The notes below the pieces were generated by a model, which worked only from the letters and a program-made list of their open reading frames with translations, did no database searches and had not been told where the DNA came from. A stretch of 57,661 nt of DNA from Candidatus Amesbacteria bacterium (GTDB taxonomy: Bacteria > Patescibacteriota > Microgenomatia > CAZETR01 > Amesbacteraceae). The stretch covers positions 253,899 to 311,559 of the forward strand of contig CAVTQH010000004.1 of the NCBI GenBank assembly GCA_963736875.1. The letters are read 5' to 3'. Of the stretch, positions 18,357 to 27,027 are shown piece after piece. The position numbers and the translations under genes are program-made. Numbering within the stretch: the stretch's first letter is position 1; each line of letters opens with the position of its first letter.

Positions 18357-18643
18357 GGGACACACTCCTTTCGTATCTAAAATGTATTTTTTTCCCTTAA
18401 TAAGGGCCGAGCGGTACCGACCTGTTCACAAAAATATGTAACTCAGATCACCACTGCTCGGCCCCCAAATGGGAAAGTATCTCAACCTATAGACTGTAAC
18501 TAATCTCGATTCACTTGTTAAAGTGCTATTTCCAACATTTCTAACTCATCGGCGCATATGCCGATCAGAAATATCTGAAATAAGGCAGATTAAATTACAA
18601 TCCAAAAATGGCTTCTGCGAATAGAAGCCTTTTGGATGACCGC

Positions 18644-18672
18644 ATTGTACCTTCTGCTGAACCTATAGTCAA
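18644..18672 (-). promoter_or_regulatory. Sigma70-type promoter TTGACT-N17-TACAAT
   Basis: -35 at 18667-18672, -10 at 18644-18649, 17-bp spacer; points toward the M23/SLT gene. Confidence 0.7.
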
Positions 18673-18698
18673 TCTAATTTTCCTTCTTCTGAAGTGAG

Positions 18699-18770
18699 AG
18701 CCTGGAGTGGGAATCGGACCCACGACCTCATTCTTACCAAGAATGCGTTCTGCCACTGAACTACCCAGGC
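18699..18770 (-). tRNA. tRNA-Thr(GGT)
   Basis: Acceptor GCCTGGG/TCCAGGC, anticodon arm CATTC-TTGGTAA-GAATG. Confidence 0.93.
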
Positions 18771-18781
18771 AGCCTGTCCTA

Positions 18782-20026
18782 TTATAACCGATGGCTATCT
18801 GGCGTCGTACATCGTTCTGATAAATTCCGGCAAGGACTGGTCACCCCTTCGTCCACCAGCCTCAATCCCTCCTGTAAAAGCCCGACAAAACCCGCCTTTT
18901 CCAGTTCCAGTTTAAACTCCGTCTCCCCCGCTCCGGAAGTAATCAGCCTTCGGACTTCATCCCCGATTTCAATTAGCTCATATATTCCCACCCGCCCCCG
19001 GTATTTGGACTGGTAGCACAGATCACATCCCCGTCCCTGCATCAGTCTTCCGGGATTTAATCCTTTCTCCCTGATATAAACTGCATGCTCGGGAGGTGTC
19101 GGCAGATATTCCTCCCGGCAATGTTCACATACCCGCCGCATCAGCCGCTGGGACAATACCGCCCGTAAAGCATAATTGAGCATATACCGGTCCACTCCCA
19201 GATCAATCATCCGGTAAAGCGCTCCCACGCTGTTTCTGGCATGAACCGTGGAAATTACCAGATGCCCGGTCAGTGAAGCCTGAATGGCAATTTTGGCTGT
19301 TTCCGCATCCCTGATTTCGCCGACAAACACAATGTCGGGATTAAGCCTTAAAATCATTTTCAGTCCTGACACAAAATCCATCCCGATATCCTCCCCTACC
19401 TGGATCTGGTTTATCCCCGGCATCAGGTATTCAACCGGGTCTTCCAGAGTCATGATATTGACTTCACCGTTATTTAGGTACTTCAGACAGGAATGCACCG
19501 TTGTCGTCTTCCCCGACCCGGTAGGACCGCATACCAGAAACAATCCGTACCTTCCCGTAATATTGCGTTTGATTTTTTCCGCCAGATCGGGGGACATTCC
19601 CAGCTGGTCAAATTCGGTAAATTTCGGCGCGTCAAGGACTCTTAGAGCAATCATCTGTCCGAAATTAGTGGTTACAATCGCCGCCCGCAGGACGTACGGA
19701 TGTTCCTCCACGTCAAAGCGGATTTTGCTTTCCTGGGGTTTCCGGTTTTCCGTCACGTCCATATTTCCCAGCACCTTTATCCGCGAAATCACCTGGTCAT
19801 AAGAGCCGTGCGGCATTACCCCGAACGTCTGCAGCACCCCGTCCACCCGAAGCCTGACTATGATTTCCTTTTCCTGCGGTTCAAACAGAATATCCGAAGC
19901 GGACAGCTTAATCGCCTGGGCAATTACCTGGTCTACAATTTCCACCGGCGAAGACATTCCCGAAAGTGAAAAACTTTGTGAGTCCACCCTTTTATTGTCA
20001 AGCGTCTTGACCTGGGTGTCAATCAC
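18782..20026 (-). CDS. PilB/GspE-family secretion/pilus ATPase (C-terminus probably frameshifted)
   Basis: ASDILFEP, RLRVDGVL, GPTGSGKTT, TLEDPVEY, LRLNPDIVFVGEIRD, AVLSQRLMRRVC..C, C..C..YRGR. An alternative frame ends VTSLAEFIRTMYDAR*. Confidence 0.9.
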   Translation of the reverse strand: MIDTQVKTLDNKRVDSQSFSLSGMSSPVEIVDQVIAQAIKLSASDILFEPQEKEIIVRLRVDGVLQTFGVMPHGSYDQVISRIKVLGNMDVTENRKPQESKIRFDVEEHPYVLRAAIVTTNFGQMIALRVLDAPKFTEFDQLGMSPDLAEKIKRNITGRYGLFLVCGPTGSGKTTTVHSCLKYLNNGEVNIMTLEDPVEYLMPGINQIQVGEDIGMDFVSGLKMILRLNPDIVFVGEIRDAETAKIAIQASLTGHLVISTVHARNSVGALYRMIDLGVDRYMLNYALRAVLSQRLMRRVCEHCREEYLPTPPEHAVYIREKGLNPGRLMQGRGCDLCYQSKYRGRVGIYELIEIGDEVRRLITSGAGETEFKLELEKAGFVGLLQEGLRLVDEGVTSPCRNLSERCTTPDSHRL

Positions 20027-20086
20027 CCCTTATAGTAAGTTGTTAGAAATTAGTCTTAAAACCTTTTCGAAGGGCGGTGAATATTT

Positions 20087-20479
20087 TTGGACCCTAAACC
20101 TGTTTCCTGTATCAATTGCCAAGCCGTAACCACCAATGATGGCCGGACAGTCTGGGTGTGTGAACAGTGCGGAATCGAAAATACGCCCGCCGCTCCCGCC
20201 CCGGTCGATGCAGCTGATGCCCAGGCTGAAATTTCCAGCGCCGCCGCTGCCGTGGAAGCCCCTCCCGTTCCGGAGGTAGCCGCCCCCGTAGTCGAGCCGC
20301 CGCTTACCATGCCGGTCACTCCGCCCGTTCAGCCTATCAGACCCGCACCGCCGGTTACTCCGGCTGCTGCCACCACCACCACCACCACTACGCTGCCTCT
20401 TCCATGGCATCCATGCCCTCTTTCAAACAGCCGGTTTAAATCGCAGTTTAAGTCTGCCGCTTTACCGGGATCGGGATAA
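20087..20479 (+). CDS. Zinc-ribbon protein with Pro/Ala-rich tail
   Basis: CINC...VCEQCG, then PA/PV-rich low complexity; true C-terminus uncertain. Confidence 0.65.
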   Translation: MDPKPVSCINCQAVTTNDGRTVWVCEQCGIENTPAAPAPVDAADAQAEISSAAAAVEAPPVPEVAAPVVEPPLTMPVTPPVQPIRPAPPVTPAAATTTTTTTLPLPWHPCPLSNSRFKSQFKSAALPGSG

Positions 20480-20496
20480 TAGGGTAAAATCCTCGC

Positions 20497-20670
20497 ATGG
20501 CAAAAAAAGGTGCCCGCCAAATTTTTGGGTTTACTTGCTCTGTCTGTAAATCCCAGAATTATATTTCGGAAAAAAATAAGGTCAACATACCTGAAAAGAT
20601 TGAGTTGTCCAAATTCTGTTCCAAGTGCCGCAAACACACTCCCCACAAGGAAAACACCAAGCTCAAATAG
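20497..20670 (+). CDS. rpmG: 50S ribosomal protein L33 (57 aa, absent from ORF track)
   Basis: Manual translation MAKKGARQIFGFTCSVCKSQNYISEKNK...IELSKFCSKCRKHTPHKE; adjacent to tRNA-Trp. Confidence 0.93.
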   Translation: MAKKGARQIFGFTCSVCKSQNYISEKNKVNIPEKIELSKFCSKCRKHTPHKENTKLK

Positions 20671-20712
20671 ACTTTCTTCTCCCGTTTGGATAAGTTAAAA
20701 TTACTCTTATAT

Positions 20713-20783
20713 AGGGGTGTCGTTCAATGGCAGGACGGTGGTCTCCAAAACCACTAATGGAGGTTCGACTCCTCCCACCCCTG
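20713..20783 (+). tRNA. tRNA-Trp(CCA)
   Basis: Acceptor AGGGGTG/CACCCCT, anticodon arm GTGGT-CTCCAAA-ACCAC, TTCGACT T-loop. Confidence 0.95.
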
Positions 20784-20799
20784 CATTTAGCTTCAAAAA

Positions 20800-21324
20800 T
20801 TGTATTTGTTTAAACTCACTACTTACTTTGTTAATATTAACTTAATGTTTTGGGTAGTTACTCTTTCCATTATCGCTTTAGCTTTGCTGGGTGATGAACT
20901 GGGGGTTTTAGATGAAAAACCTTCAATAAAAGTTGGCAAACTATGTATTAAGAAACCCCTCTCTAAAAAAACAAAAGAAGTCGAAATAAATACGATAACT
21001 CAGGCTAGGATGCTTTTAAACGACAAGGGAATTTCCATTCTAATGCCTGGTATATACGGAAGAAGTGTTATACAAATTAAAGCAAAAGAAACGTGGGAAA
21101 CTATTGCCGTTAATAGACTATTTAACCATTCCAGAAACAAAACAGTTGTTAATACTTTGCTTTCTCAAAATCCGTCAATTGTTGCCAATTCCATATTGAA
21201 CGAATACATATCAGCTAGAAATATTGGAGATTTTTATATAAATAAAAAACAAATATTAAGAGGCTTACTTTTACTTGGAATAATTGCATTATTTCTACTT
21301 CTAGCAGAAATCTTATCCTGGTAA
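20800..21324 (+). CDS. AT-rich hypothetical membrane protein
   Basis: TM helices at both ends; start may be ATG 20846. Confidence 0.55.
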   Translation: MYLFKLTTYFVNINLMFWVVTLSIIALALLGDELGVLDEKPSIKVGKLCIKKPLSKKTKEVEINTITQARMLLNDKGISILMPGIYGRSVIQIKAKETWETIAVNRLFNHSRNKTVVNTLLSQNPSIVANSILNEYISARNIGDFYINKKQILRGLLLLGIIALFLLLAEILSW

Positions 21325-21412
21325 AGAATTAAATCTAAAGCTATTCAAGTTCACCCACCCGTTCCTAATTACGTCCAATAGCCCCTGCAAATTAGCTTCA
21401 AACTACTAATTT

Positions 21413-22490
21413 TCAATACATTCCGGTTTTATCTTTTGCCTTCTTAATAAATTTTCCGAACTTCCGGTCTTTAGCTCTTCTTTCCACCTCATTCATTTTG
21501 TAGAATTCAGTTTCTTTTTGTAATTTTTTGTAATTCAGATATTTATCTTTATCCATTGTCCCTGTCTCCACCGCTTCCAAAATCGCACAGTCAGGTTCGT
21601 TTGTATGAGTACAGTCTGAATATCTGCAATTCCGGGATAGTAAACCTACTTCATCAAACACATTTTCTATACCCGTATCCAAATCTCCCATACCCACCTC
21701 TCTTGTACCCGGATTATCAATAACTATCCCCCCGTTTTTCAAAAAATACATCTCTCTCACAGAAGTTGTATGTTTTCCTCTGCCCGTAGTTTCGCTTAAT
21801 CCCCGCTGTTTTAATGTCATTTTTCCCAAGTAATTTATTTATAAGCGTTGATTTTCCCACCCCGGAAGAACCCAAAAAACAATATGTCTTACCTTTGGAA
21901 ATATACTTTTCCAGTTCATCCAAACCCGTTTCCGTGACAGTACTTGTCAGAAGAATATAAACATCCCCGAACCTTTCTTTAATCCCGGTTATCTTGATGT
22001 CTAATTCAGCCTCGGAAATTAAATCAGTTTTATTAATAATTATCACCGGCTTAATTCCTCCGTCTTTGGCTAATACCAAATATCTCTCAAAACGATTCAA
22101 ACTGTAATCTCTATCCGGTGACCCCACAATAAATGCCGTGTCTATGTTAGTCGCTATTAGTTGATTTTCATCCTTATTACTGTACTTCTTTGAAAGTACC
22201 GTCTTTCTGGGTAACACTTGACGAATAACTGCTTTTCCTCCGGATAATTCGTTTATCACTACAAAGTCCCCCACCGCCGGATAATCTTCTCTTTTTACCG
22301 CCAAAAACTGCTGTTTACCGGTAATTTTGGCTAAATATTCTCCATCCACCCCTCTTACTTTGTACGCTTCCCGGTATTCAGCCACCACCCTGGCTATCTC
22401 ATGTCCGGTTAAATCTGACTTTCTTAGTCCTATCTTATAAAACCCGTCAAAACCTAAATCCTCCAGAGTGCTTGTTTGAGTTTCATTCAT
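21413..22490 (-). CDS. rsgA: Ribosome small-subunit GTPase RsgA, one-base frameshift near 21800
   Basis: PAVGDFV, QLIATNID, NKTD, GSSGVGKST. Removing one base gives ...SETTGRGKHTT..IDNPGTRE..CRYSDCTHTNEPDCAI. Confidence 0.9.
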
Positions 22491-22633
22491 AAGAAATAAT
22501 TATAACGAAAAATAACTTTTAGGATACTTATATCTAAACCACGTTCCAACATAGTCCTCCGGCCCTTTCAAAAAAAATCAGTACCTGATAACTGTATCAA
22601 TCTATTAAACACTAGTCCATTGTATTTCAATAC

Positions 22634-22800
22634 TTACTTTCCGTAGTTATTTGCCCAGATGGTATAGTCCAGATCGTCCACTCTGTGGTCGTTGTTAAAA
22701 TCCCCCTGTCTTGGTCCGGTGGCATTGATTATTCCGTAGTTATTCGCCCAGATGGTATAGTCCAGATCATCTATTCTTCCGTCTCCGTTGGCATCGCCGG
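22634..22800 (-). repeat. Dockerin module copy 1 (others at ~25366-25530, ~27028-27195, ~35140-35306)
   Basis: Copies 1-3 share an identical 34-nt core GTTAAAATCCCCCTGTCTTGGTCCGGTGGCATTG; all four encode DDLDY(T/A)IWANNYG twice. Confidence 0.9.
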
Positions 22801-25324
22801 GTTTAAGCATTGGAGTTGGTGTTGGTATGGCTGTAACCGTGATAGACGGAGAGGAAGTGGGACCGGCTGAATAATCTCCGATTCTCACAGCCAAATCTGT
22901 AACCAAATTGTTAATACTTATAGGTAAATTTCCGGATGCATCGGAACTAATTGTTTGCGTAGAAGTTACTGTCCCGGTATGGGTATTCCACCACTCCGCT
23001 TTATACCCACTGTTAGGTGAAAACCCTGTGACTGTTACTGTTCCGGAAACTGCGGCCGGAGTTTGGTTGTTCCATTGATAATTAGAATTAGCAATCCACA
23101 GATGGGCTCTTTTATTTACCAAATCCTTCTGGCCCCAAGCCCGGACACCCCCGGACACATTAGCTACCGCATCCCGGTAATTTCCGTTTGACAGCGGAAT
23201 ACTACTGATAAAGTTGTAATATTTTCCAAATTCCGGCCGTAGATCCCGGCCTGAAGGGTAAATATGCTGGGTTGTATACCAATAACCGCTGTCAATTAAA
23301 CCTCCGGGGTTGACCTGGCCCCACAAAAGATTATGCAGCCAAACACCATTGGAATCAGCGGATATGTCACCCGTATAACCATCTGTATTATTATCAGAAT
23401 TAATTAAACCGGTTTCTCCGCGCATCACCGGCTTTCCTGTCCCGGCAATCATCTGATACAGGGGAACATCAGGAAGACCATTGCCGGGATGAGCGGTGTA
23501 TGAAGCAGAAGCTGTATCGTAGAAACCGCTGTTGGGATTATCCCGACTGATATAACGGTGAAAATCAGCATAGTCAAGATTGGAATAGCCGGGATTAGTC
23601 CAAAGAGCAGTCTGGGGAAAACCGGCCCACAGGGAGGTCGTAACCAGATGGTCATTCGGTTTAAACTGGTGCATATAAGCGCCAAAATTATTAGCCAAAG
23701 TATAGTGTAAATCACTTCCCGGATCGCCTTCATTCAGAAGTTCCCAGGAGTGAATATTTGTGGAATAACCCCAGCGGGCCTGCAGATAGCGCCACCATGC
23801 CCGCTGCAGCCAATAGACTTTTGTCATATCACCCCTGTAGCCATAAAAACAGTTATTCCCCGGACAGGAAGCGGTATCGTTATCCGGAATATTATTCCCG
23901 TCATAATCAATGTGGTTTAGGATATAATCATTTTTATCCATACCTACCACCTTTAAATAAATACCTTCCTGATGGGCTAAATCAACTACTTTATCAAAGG
24001 CATATGATTTTTCCTGCTGGAAATATTGATGATGTGCCATCAGGGCCTTAGGAATAATATTCGGTCCCAAACCCCCTCCGGGTAAAACCTCCTGGATTGT
24101 TAGTTCATCAATAAATACCTGATTGGAAGGATTCGGCCGGCTAACATTTTCCATTACCACATACAGCATTGGCAGAAAGTTGATATCACCCGTTGTCCAA
24201 TCACCTGTGATTGTATCCCAAGTTCCTCCGGAGCTTATTTTATCAGCTGCAATTCTAATTCCCGCAGTTGGTAACGTCGGATCATCAAGCCAGCCGCCAC
24301 CGGAGATCGTCCCTCCCAGTTTCATTGTAAAACCATATGTCCCGGTTACTCTCGGTCCCGTTAAGGTCCTCGGTGTAAAAAATCGGGTTGAAAATCTATA
24401 GGTGGTATTTGGTTTTACTGCAGGCGTCCTGTACATCCAACCAATTGATGAATAATCACCGTTTTGGCTGTATAACCTTTCCCAGTCACTGTCCAGTGAC
24501 AGTGAAAAATCATGACCGGGGTAGGCATAATCCGCAGCTAACATATCCCAGTCACTCCCCAACGAAGCATTCCGCCATGGATTGTCAAATGATCCAAAGA
24601 TCGACCATTGTGATAACCACATCCGGATTAGCTGAATACCATTATTACCCATTATCGTAAAATTATCCCTGTTTCCCTGTACCGGATCATTCCATGAAAT
24701 CTGATCGAAATTCATATTGTAGCCCAACCCGGGAAAGTATGTCCCGTCACTAAATTCAAAGTAACGGGAGTCTTTTTGTGATACCCTGACAAACCCCTTA
24801 CTGGTTCCGCTGGTAACTGTAAAGGACTGGTTGGTTGAAGTAGAACTTCCTCCGGCATCCTGAACTGTTAGCCTGTACATCCAGTTACCTGAAACATTTG
24901 GTGTAAATCTTACTTTCCACATAAAAGTATTTTTCGGATATATCCAATCCTGTCCATTTTTTACCTGATAATCGAAATCCTGATAATAAAAAGCCGGTTG
25001 GGTATAAACAGTTTGCCAATTATCGGAGGTAAATTGTGCATTAACGGTTATCCCCTGCCCGGACTGTATCCCTGCCGGAGTCTGTGTATCATACGGCCAC
25101 TGGTAATTGGTAGCGGTAACCCCGGTTAAACCAAAAGAGATTTCCAATTTCTCGTACCTAGGAATTTGGTTATTGGGGTAGTCTCCCCTGTTATCGCTGA
25201 TATTGCTAATTGCCGGGGCAGCTTGAATACGTGCCGGATAAAGGAAAGTGCCGACAGCTAATCCGGCAAAAATTATTATTACCGGATTACACAGGAATGA
25301 TTTCATGAGTATTACCTTTATCAT
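22634..25324 (-). CDS. Secreted glycoside-hydrolase-like protein (DUF5060-like N-terminus, clan GH-A-like barrel) with C-terminal dockerin
   Basis: Signal/TM segment, WKVRFTP, WELLNEG and MRGETG (candidate catalytic Glu pair), YKAEWWNT, PT linker, duplicated DxNxDxRxDDLDYTIWANNYG. Confidence 0.78.
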   Translation of the reverse strand: MIKVILMKSFLCNPVIIIFAGLAVGTFLYPARIQAAPAISNISDNRGDYPNNQIPRYEKLEISFGLTGVTATNYQWPYDTQTPAGIQSGQGITVNAQFTSDNWQTVYTQPAFYYQDFDYQVKNGQDWIYPKNTFMWKVRFTPNVSGNWMYRLTVQDAGGSSTSTNQSFTVTSGTSKGFVRVSQKDSRYFEFSDGTYFPGLGYNMNFDQISWNDPVQGNRDNFTIMGNNGIQLIRMWLSQWSIFGSFDNPWRNASLGSDWDMLAADYAYPGHDFSLSLDSDWERLYSQNGDYSSIGWMYRTPAVKPNTTYRFSTRFFTPRTLTGPRVTGTYGFTMKLGGTISGGGWLDDPTLPTAGIRIAADKISSGGTWDTITGDWTTGDINFLPMLYVVMENVSRPNPSNQVFIDELTIQEVLPGGGLGPNIIPKALMAHHQYFQQEKSYAFDKVVDLAHQEGIYLKVVGMDKNDYILNHIDYDGNNIPDNDTASCPGNNCFYGYRGDMTKVYWLQRAWWRYLQARWGYSTNIHSWELLNEGDPGSDLHYTLANNFGAYMHQFKPNDHLVTTSLWAGFPQTALWTNPGYSNLDYADFHRYISRDNPNSGFYDTASASYTAHPGNGLPDVPLYQMIAGTGKPVMRGETGLINSDNNTDGYTGDISADSNGVWLHNLLWGQVNPGGLIDSGYWYTTQHIYPSGRDLRPEFGKYYNFISSIPLSNGNYRDAVANVSGGVRAWGQKDLVNKRAHLWIANSNYQWNNQTPAAVSGTVTVTGFSPNSGYKAEWWNTHTGTVTSTQTISSDASGNLPISINNLVTDLAVRIGDYSAGPTSSPSITVTAIPTPTPMLKPGDANGDGRIDDLDYTIWANNYGIINATGPRQGDFNNDHRVDDLDYTIWANNYGK

Positions 25325-25365
25325 GGGTCATAATATTTTACGTGTCAACGGATAAGAGAGAGGGG

Positions 25366-26943
25366 TTACCTTCCGTAGTTGTTGGCCCAGATCGTGTAGT
25401 CCAGATCATCGACTCTGCGGTCGCCGTTAAAATCCCCCTGTCTTGGTCCGGTGGCATTGGTTATTCCGTAGTTATTCGCCCAGATGGTGTAGTCCAGATC
25501 ATCGACTCTTCCGTCCCCGTTTGTATCTCCGCGCATTGGGGTTTGTGTAGGAATACTTGTAGGAATAACACTGGGAATAGATGTCAGAACCAGAGTTGGT
25601 ATTGTTGTTGGAGCTACTGTGGGAGCAATAACAGTTACATTAAGGCAGGAATTAGGCCCGGTACAAGCATAAACCAAACCTCCGATGCCGCCAAAACCAG
25701 CCGGACGGCATTCAGCCACTCCATCGTTCCAGGCTCTGCAGCAGACCGAATATGTTCCAATAGCCGGAGGGGTCCATGATGTACTTATTACGGCATTTGG
25801 CGGTGTAATGTCCTGGTATGTAATGCGGTTAACGGTTCCGTTGAAATAATTTATTTCTCCGCTTAATGCACTACCCGGAGAATATACGCTTGCGCTGTAT
25901 GTGCCGGAACCGCCCATAATAAGATTAGTAGGGCCGGTAACATTACTGCAGTTGGGCTGAATCGGTGCTTGTGTTGGTATAGGAGTGGGAAATGAAAGTT
26001 GGTATCTGCGGACGCCAATGCTGGAATTAAATCCCCAAAAAGTAGGATAAGGACCTCCGGTGTTACCGGCATAATATACACGCATTTCATTATTCTGGAT
26101 ATAAGCATGAGGACTCCACATCAGTGATCCATCCCATCCGCTGCCGTTACTTTGAGCCAGCTTGACCTCCCCTGAGAAATTTATCCCGTCAGTTGATGTC
26201 GATAGGTACATTACGTAGGGAGCATCATTTACGTTGCCGGGATTATATGAATATACATAATAATATATGCCGTTGGTATATGTGACCCTTCCTGCCTGAA
26301 CCGAGCGGGTGTTGGGGAGATTAACAAATTCACCGAATCTGTGTCCGTCCGTACTTTCGCTTCGGTATAAACCGCCGCCTCCGGCGATATACAGAATATA
26401 TTTATTATTTAAAAATATCGGCGAGGGTGTTTCATAATAACCTGGTATGGAAGGAGTCTCAATTTCCCCTAATTTGGTCCAATTTACACCCGGAGAAGAT
26501 GCAGTTGCGTGCATAAGAAATAAAGTCATAAAGCTATTACGGTTAGCAGTGACATAATACATATGCCATATTCCGTTATTGTCTATTAAAACACCCGGAC
26601 TGCATGACAGATCATCTTTCGCGGTGCTGTCTGTTCCTTCCACTACTATCATGTCGTTGGACTGCGGAGTTGTCCATCCGGATAAACCATCCGTCCAGCT
26701 TTCACGCCTATAAACTTTGTCTCTCCAGAAATCGTTAATCGGTACACTTTTACAGTAATACATTAACCAGCTTCCCCAGCCTGGTTGATGCATAATATAA
26801 GGAGAATACTGGGAATTGTAAATTCCGATGGGACCGACAAGTTCCGATTTTGATATTTCGGTTATCTGGATTTGGGCATATACACGAGGGATTCCCAAGA
26901 AAATAAACGCAATAATGAATAATATACGAAATATTACTTTCAT
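25366..26943 (-). CDS. Secreted beta-propeller glycosidase-like protein with C-terminal dockerin
   Basis: Signal peptide, repeated blades (SPGV, ETPS, MWSPH; STDG repeats) resembling GH43/32/130 folds, PT linker, dockerin. Confidence 0.7.
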   Translation of the reverse strand: MKVIFRILFIIAFIFLGIPRVYAQIQITEISKSELVGPIGIYNSQYSPYIMHQPGWGSWLMYYCKSVPINDFWRDKVYRRESWTDGLSGWTTPQSNDMIVVEGTDSTAKDDLSCSPGVLIDNNGIWHMYYVTANRNSFMTLFLMHATASSPGVNWTKLGEIETPSIPGYYETPSPIFLNNKYILYIAGGGGLYRSESTDGHRFGEFVNLPNTRSVQAGRVTYTNGIYYYVYSYNPGNVNDAPYVMYLSTSTDGINFSGEVKLAQSNGSGWDGSLMWSPHAYIQNNEMRVYYAGNTGGPYPTFWGFNSSIGVRRYQLSFPTPIPTQAPIQPNCSNVTGPTNLIMGGSGTYSASVYSPGSALSGEINYFNGTVNRITYQDITPPNAVISTSWTPPAIGTYSVCCRAWNDGVAECRPAGFGGIGGLVYACTGPNSCLNVTVIAPTVAPTTIPTLVLTSIPSVIPTSIPTQTPMRGDTNGDGRVDDLDYTIWANNYGITNATGPRQGDFNGDRRVDDLDYTIWANNYGR

Positions 26944-27027
26944 ATATCTATTATAGTTTAAAACGATTGTGTTAAGTATTGATTATCTGGAGCAACTTGT
27001 CCGTTTTAAGCCACCTCTTTATTGAAT

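Noticed and set aside
20329-20646. 105-aa minus-strand ORF (and 20510-20698 +)
   Set aside because: Shadows of rpmG (20497-20670 +), which was too short for the ORF track.
12150-20783. att-site duplications of tRNA 3' ends bounding an island
   Set aside because: I found no second copy of the Tyr, Thr or Trp 3' ends by eye, and no integrase.
4893-22490. galU and rsgA as true pseudogenes or programmed frameshifts
   Set aside because: Both halves are otherwise intact with conserved motifs, no slippery heptamer is evident, and similar single-base indels occur throughout the window, so sequencing error is the simplest explanation.
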